This document shows, piece by piece, positions 59,786 to 64,000 of a stretch of DNA of 64,000 nt. The position numbers and the translations under genes are program-made. How positions within the stretch are numbered: the first letter of the stretch is position 1; every line of letters begins with the position of its first letter. The stretch is from Candidatus Bathyarchaeota archaeon (GTDB taxonomy: Archaea; Thermoproteota; Bathyarchaeia; Bathyarchaeales; Bathycorpusculaceae). The DNA is taken from NCBI GenBank assembly GCA_963767735.1, contig CAVYES010000004.1, positions 1-64,000 on the forward strand. Direction: 5' to 3'. Under the pieces are notes generated by a model, which did no database searches, had not been told where the DNA came from, and worked only from the letters and a program-made list of their open reading frames with translations.

Positions 59786-60466
59786 TTGGTCGTTGAAGCA
59801 GTAATCTTTGATTTAGACGGAACACTTGCCAATTTCAACTTGGACTTCAAAGCTCTTCGCGCCGAAGTTAGAAGTTACCTGATGAGAATAGGTGTTCCTG
59901 CTTCAGTTCTAAATGTTAATGAAAGCATTTTTGAAATGCTTACAAAAACGGAAATTTTCATTAAAAACAACATTAAAGCTGCCCTTGCGTTTGGGGAAGT
60001 CCGCGGTCAAGTCATGGCTATCGCCGAGAAGTACGAAATGGAAGCTGCCTCAACCACAAGTTTGATGACGGGAGCCAACGAAGCGCTCAAGGAACTAAAG
60101 CAAATGAACATAAAAATGGGTTTATGCACAACCAGCAGTGAGAAAGCCGCAAATTACATTCTTAACCGCTTCAAGATAGAAGATTTCTTCCAAATTGTAG
60201 TTGCCAGAGACAAAGTGAAGTACGTAAAACCGCACACGGAACAGTTTGAAATTGCGCTTAAAGCGTTAGGTGCAACCTCGCAATCCGCCGTAATAGTTGG
60301 AGATAGCGTGGTGGATATGCAAAGTGCCCGAGAACTAAAAGCCATCGCTGTTGGTTTTCCAACTGGCGTGTCCACAGTGGAGCAGTTAATGAACAATGGC
60401 GCAAACTACATTATTACCTCGTTAACTGACTTGCCGGTTCTTGTAAAAGAAATAAATAAGCCTTAA
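59786..60466 (+). CDS. HAD-superfamily phosphatase
   Basis: FDLDGTL, TTS, KP, VGDS..D. Confidence 0.9.
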   Translation: MVVEAVIFDLDGTLANFNLDFKALRAEVRSYLMRIGVPASVLNVNESIFEMLTKTEIFIKNNIKAALAFGEVRGQVMAIAEKYEMEAASTTSLMTGANEALKELKQMNIKMGLCTTSSEKAANYILNRFKIEDFFQIVVARDKVKYVKPHTEQFEIALKALGATSQSAVIVGDSVVDMQSARELKAIAVGFPTGVSTVEQLMNNGANYIITSLTDLPVLVKEINKP

Positions 60467-60487
60467 CCCGAAAATATCGCGTCTCAA

Positions 60488-60540
60488 AACCTGAAATCGC
60501 AGATTTAAGTCCTAAACCCAAAAATCAACCTTAAACAAGC
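60488..60540 (+). repeat. Possible degenerate copy of the family B motif
   Basis: AACCTGAAATCGCAGATTTAAGTCCTAAACCCAAAAATCAACCTTAAACAAGC resembles the copy 3 motif; followed by ACCT-rich micro-repeats (60541-60576). Confidence 0.4.
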
Positions 60541-60611
60541 CCTGACCTGAACCATACCTACCTATAGACCTACCTAATTTTGTGCCAAAATTCAGCCACA
60601 AAAATTGGGGA

Positions 60612-63600
60612 TTAAGCAGCGGTAACGACGCCGTCTTTGCTGACGAGTTTTCTGTCGCTTACCAGCCGCTTCAGTATTTCACCGAACACTTGTTTCGCTT
60701 CTTCACTCGAATGGTTAACACCGAACACTTTAGCTGTTTCAGCAATCAATGAATCTTCACTTATGCCTAAAGCATATTGAGCAACCAGCTTCATGGCGGA
60801 TTCAACTTCTTCAGGCGCAATATACTCGGGTTTTCGTTTTGATTCAGGAATACCTTGCACTGGAACGCGGATGGGTGTTTCTTTGAGTTCAGGTGGCCAA
60901 AGGAAGCTGCCTTTGATCACTACTTTTTGTTCTCTTAGCAAGTTGCTGAGTGCTTCTTTTACGGCATGAGTTATCTGCGGGGTTACCTGTTTAATCCCCC
61001 AAGCAGCAGCTAAACGTTCAACAGCATAATCAAAGTGAACAGGGCCTTCCTTTTCCACTAGTTCAGCGAGGAGTTTCGTTTGAATTTCTCTGTTTTCTGG
61101 AAAGTGAAACTCGTTTTTCTGCCGCGAATTATACGTGGAGTTAGCTGTGGCAACTTTAATGTAAGGATTAAATGTTGCTTTAATCGGATAAATTTTGTAG
61201 GGTTGACCGATTTTTTCGATGCCTGCAAACTGGATTTTCTGAATGTCAGTCTTTGGAGCCATGTTCTCTTTGTCAATTACTGGGTTTTGAGCGTCTTTTT
61301 CAAGCTGCAACTTGTTAGCTTGTTCAAGATCTTCTTTTAGCCGTCGGATTTCAGAATCACGTCTTGCAACCCAAGCTGGAGACCAAACACGGTGAATGCG
61401 CCAGCCTAGTTGTTTAAGCACTTGCTCACGGAGGCGGTCTCTGTCTCGTGCGCTGCTGCTTGATTTGTAGGTGGCGCCGTCGCATTCTACGCCTAGCAGG
61501 TAGCTTCCGGGGTTAACTGGGTCGACTACGCCGATGTCTATTCTATAGCCGCTGCAGCCGACTTGCGGAACTATTTCATAGCCCATTTTTTTTATTTCTG
61601 CTGCCACATCTTCGTCTAAGGCTGACTCGAACTCGTCTTCTCTGGATTTAACAGACTGCAACGTTTCAGGTCCATGCTCTGCATAGTCAAGGTAGTACCG
61701 CAGGGTTTGCACGCCGACTGCTTTAGTTTCAGCATCTATATCAGTTGCTTTAATCGAGGTGATAAGTACAACTTTTTCACGGGCACGCGTGACTGCAACG
61801 TTTAACCGTCGCTCGCCGCCAGGTTTGTTTAATGGGCCAAAGTTCATTGCCATTTGCTTCTGTTGGTCGTAACCGTAGCCGACGCTGAAGAATATAACGT
61901 CCCGTTCGTCGCCTTGAACGTTCTCTAAGTTCTTGACAAAAAAGCCTTCCAACCGGTCTTCCTTAAAGAACGGCTCGAAGTCAGGTTGTTCTTTAAGTCG
62001 GCGGTCTATAGCATCTTCCACGGTTTCCATTTGCGCTATGCTGAAGGTTACAACGCCTAAGGTTTTCTTTGGATACAGGCGGAAGTGTTCGAAAACAAGG
62101 TCTGCTACTTTTTCTGCTTCTTGCGGGTTGTTTCTTTTGCCGCCGCGGTCATAGATGCCGTCAGTAACGTAAACTAGTTTAACGCCTAAGCTGTCGGTTT
62201 GGGCTTTTGCAGCTGGAAAAGTTATCAAGCTGTCATCGTAGAAACGGTGGTTTGAGAACGCAATTAAGTCCTCATGCCTGCTGCGGTAATGCCATTTCAA
62301 AGTTTTAACAGGTAACCCAATGCCTAGGCACTCGTCTAGTATGCTGTCGAAGACTTCAACATCCTCGTCGCTTAACTCGTCCCAATCAACATCATCAATT
62401 AGGTTTTTCTGGAAGAACGATGTAGGCGGCAACTGCTTATTATCGCCTGCAACAACCAAGGCTTTTCCACGGTAAATTGCGCCGATGGCGTCTTCAGGAA
62501 CAATCTGCGACGCCTCATCAAACAAGACCAAGTCAAACTTGTTGCTTTCAGGAGGCAGAAACTGGCTGACCGTTATTGGACTCATCAGCAAGCAAGGCTT
62601 TAGTTTTACAAGCAGGTTGGGGATCTTTTGCAGCAACGTGCGAATCGGCATTAGCTGCCTCTTCTTCGCGGCTTCCTTGAGAAGAATGTTGGCTTCAGAG
62701 TCGGCTGCTTGAACCAGAATGTCCTGTGGTTTTCGGCTGTTCGCCTGTTCAATAACCATGCTGGATGTCAGTTTAATGAGGTCTTGGTCTAGTTTTCTGA
62801 AGTCCGCGACTAACTGCTCATGATTCTCCCTTCTGAACCTGCCCAGCTTCTGGTCTTCGTTATAGAGATTATTTATCCATTCTTGGTAAACGCCTCTGCG
62901 GAAAACATCAACCAAATCAGCTGCTGGAAGGCGCTGCTCTGCCAAACGATTGAAGAACTGGTCTAAGCCTCTTAGTGCAAAGCGGTTTTTGATGTCTTTG
63001 AAGTCAATCCAAACTTGCAGGTCATCAACGCGGTCTCGAAGCGCTTGGATTCTTTCGCTGATCACTTTGATTTCTAACTCCTTCAGTTTCTGGCTTTGAT
63101 AAGTCATTTCTGATTCAAAATGGGTTTCAAAATCAGAAAGAACCTTTAATGAAGAGGCACATTTTTGATTCAGTTCTGTGTTTGATGGCGCGGCGGGGGG
63201 TCCTTGAGCTGCAATCTGTGCAAAAGCTTCTGGAACGGGGATATCAATGAAAGCTGCTTGAACTTTCTTTGACCACTCAATAACCGTTAAAATATCTTGC
63301 CAATCCGTTTCTAACTCATTGAAGCGCGAGCCGAATTTGGCTTGCAGCTGGGTTTTTTCACCTTTGATGGCGGCTTCTTTCTTTCTTATATCTTCAGCGT
63401 TTTTGAGGTCACCCAATAGCTGCCTATAGCTCTGAGGCTCTTGCTTGCACGTTGCCAGCGTCTCTTTCGTTAACGTAATCAGCGGAATCAGTTCCTTTTC
63501 CGTTTCGCTTATCCATTCGTCAAGCAGCGGCAGAGGCGTTTGAGTTAAGGCGGCGCCCGATTTGGGCATGTTTGCAGGTATCAGTTGTTCTAAGTCTTTG

Positions 63601-64000
63601 ACCTGCTGCTCCCACTTGTCAACCGAATCCTGTAATTCTAAGCCTAAGTTTTTAATCATAGGTGAAGGATTGGAAGTGTTGGTGATTAGTTTGAGGAGGT
63701 TTTCGGGGATTTGTGTTGCCCAAGTTAGCTTTCGGATTTCAGCAGCTAACTCTAAAGCTTTTTCTGCCCCTTGAAAATCTGTTTTAGACTTGTGGTAGAA
63801 GTGGCCAAGAAGCGTTCTAACTGTTTCAGCTGACTCTTCAATCTGGCTCTGCAACTTTTTGACTTTTCGAGCGTCAATCAGATCATTTAGCACCGTTTTG
63901 GGAACTGTGCCATCATTGGTTACTCTAGCGATTTGTTTTTGGTCGTTGCGATAACTTGAATTAAAAATTTTCATTGATCCTTGATAGCCACTGTATCTTG
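60612..64000 (-). CDS. SF1 (UPF1-like) helicase plus Vsr-like nuclease and DUF3320-like C-terminus; 5' end beyond window
   Basis: LMSP, FDEASQ, GDNKQLPP, HYRSR, NVQGDERD, RRLNVAVTRAR; RIDIGV...GVECDG..Y...RDRDRLR..VL..LGW...RVWS; frame open to window edge. Confidence 0.9.
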   Translation of the reverse strand, partial: RYSGYQGSMKIFNSSYRNDQKQIARVTNDGTVPKTVLNDLIDARKVKKLQSQIEESAETVRTLLGHFYHKSKTDFQGAEKALELAAEIRKLTWATQIPENLLKLITNTSNPSPMIKNLGLELQDSVDKWEQQVKDLEQLIPANMPKSGAALTQTPLPLLDEWISETEKELIPLITLTKETLATCKQEPQSYRQLLGDLKNAEDIRKKEAAIKGEKTQLQAKFGSRFNELETDWQDILTVIEWSKKVQAAFIDIPVPEAFAQIAAQGPPAAPSNTELNQKCASSLKVLSDFETHFESEMTYQSQKLKELEIKVISERIQALRDRVDDLQVWIDFKDIKNRFALRGLDQFFNRLAEQRLPAADLVDVFRRGVYQEWINNLYNEDQKLGRFRRENHEQLVADFRKLDQDLIKLTSSMVIEQANSRKPQDILVQAADSEANILLKEAAKKRQLMPIRTLLQKIPNLLVKLKPCLLMSPITVSQFLPPESNKFDLVLFDEASQIVPEDAIGAIYRGKALVVAGDNKQLPPTSFFQKNLIDDVDWDELSDEDVEVFDSILDECLGIGLPVKTLKWHYRSRHEDLIAFSNHRFYDDSLITFPAAKAQTDSLGVKLVYVTDGIYDRGGKRNNPQEAEKVADLVFEHFRLYPKKTLGVVTFSIAQMETVEDAIDRRLKEQPDFEPFFKEDRLEGFFVKNLENVQGDERDVIFFSVGYGYDQQKQMAMNFGPLNKPGGERRLNVAVTRAREKVVLITSIKATDIDAETKAVGVQTLRYYLDYAEHGPETLQSVKSREDEFESALDEDVAAEIKKMGYEIVPQVGCSGYRIDIGVVDPVNPGSYLLGVECDGATYKSSSSARDRDRLREQVLKQLGWRIHRVWSPAWVARRDSEIRRLKEDLEQANKLQLEKDAQNPVIDKENMAPKTDIQKIQFAGIEKIGQPYKIYPIKATFNPYIKVATANSTYNSRQKNEFHFPENREIQTKLLAELVEKEGPVHFDYAVERLAAAWGIKQVTPQITHAVKEALSNLLREQKVVIKGSFLWPPELKETPIRVPVQGIPESKRKPEYIAPEEVESAMKLVAQYALGISEDSLIAETAKVFGVNHSSEEAKQVFGEILKRLVSDRKLVSKDGVVTAA

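Overview
Archaeal chromosomal segment, most consistent with Bathyarchaeia. This is an inference from archaeal-type uS10, Mre11/Rad50, geranylgeranyl reductase, ND-AspRS/GatCAB, WtpABC-ModE, a large PQQ-like surface protein and many small Zn-finger proteins. Positions 1-18 kb are accessory: small enzymes, surface proteins, an ArsR-led redox operon, a minimal IS200/IS605 element and two families of dispersed non-coding repeats. The rest is mostly housekeeping and metabolic genes, ending in a truncated SF1 helicase-Vsr-like nuclease gene. About ten 1-2 nt frameshifts, one in an RNA polymerase subunit, suggest assembly indel errors. The most unusual item is a repeat family: a conserved ~45-bp motif (CAACCTGCAAAC...GCAACCCAAAAC) abutted on its 5' side by a 10-bp-period tandem array whose unit differs at each copy, and one copy looks like a new 55-bp block inserted exactly at the motif junction. 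Also notable are an orphan Rpo5 with a eukaryote-like Rpb5 N-terminal jaw domain, a ~50-75-bp direct repeat bracketing accessory genes, and an uncharacterised VOC/HglS-like protein paired with a FAD-linked 2-hydroxyacid dehydrogenase. Family calls come from motif recognition by eye; no database searches were run.
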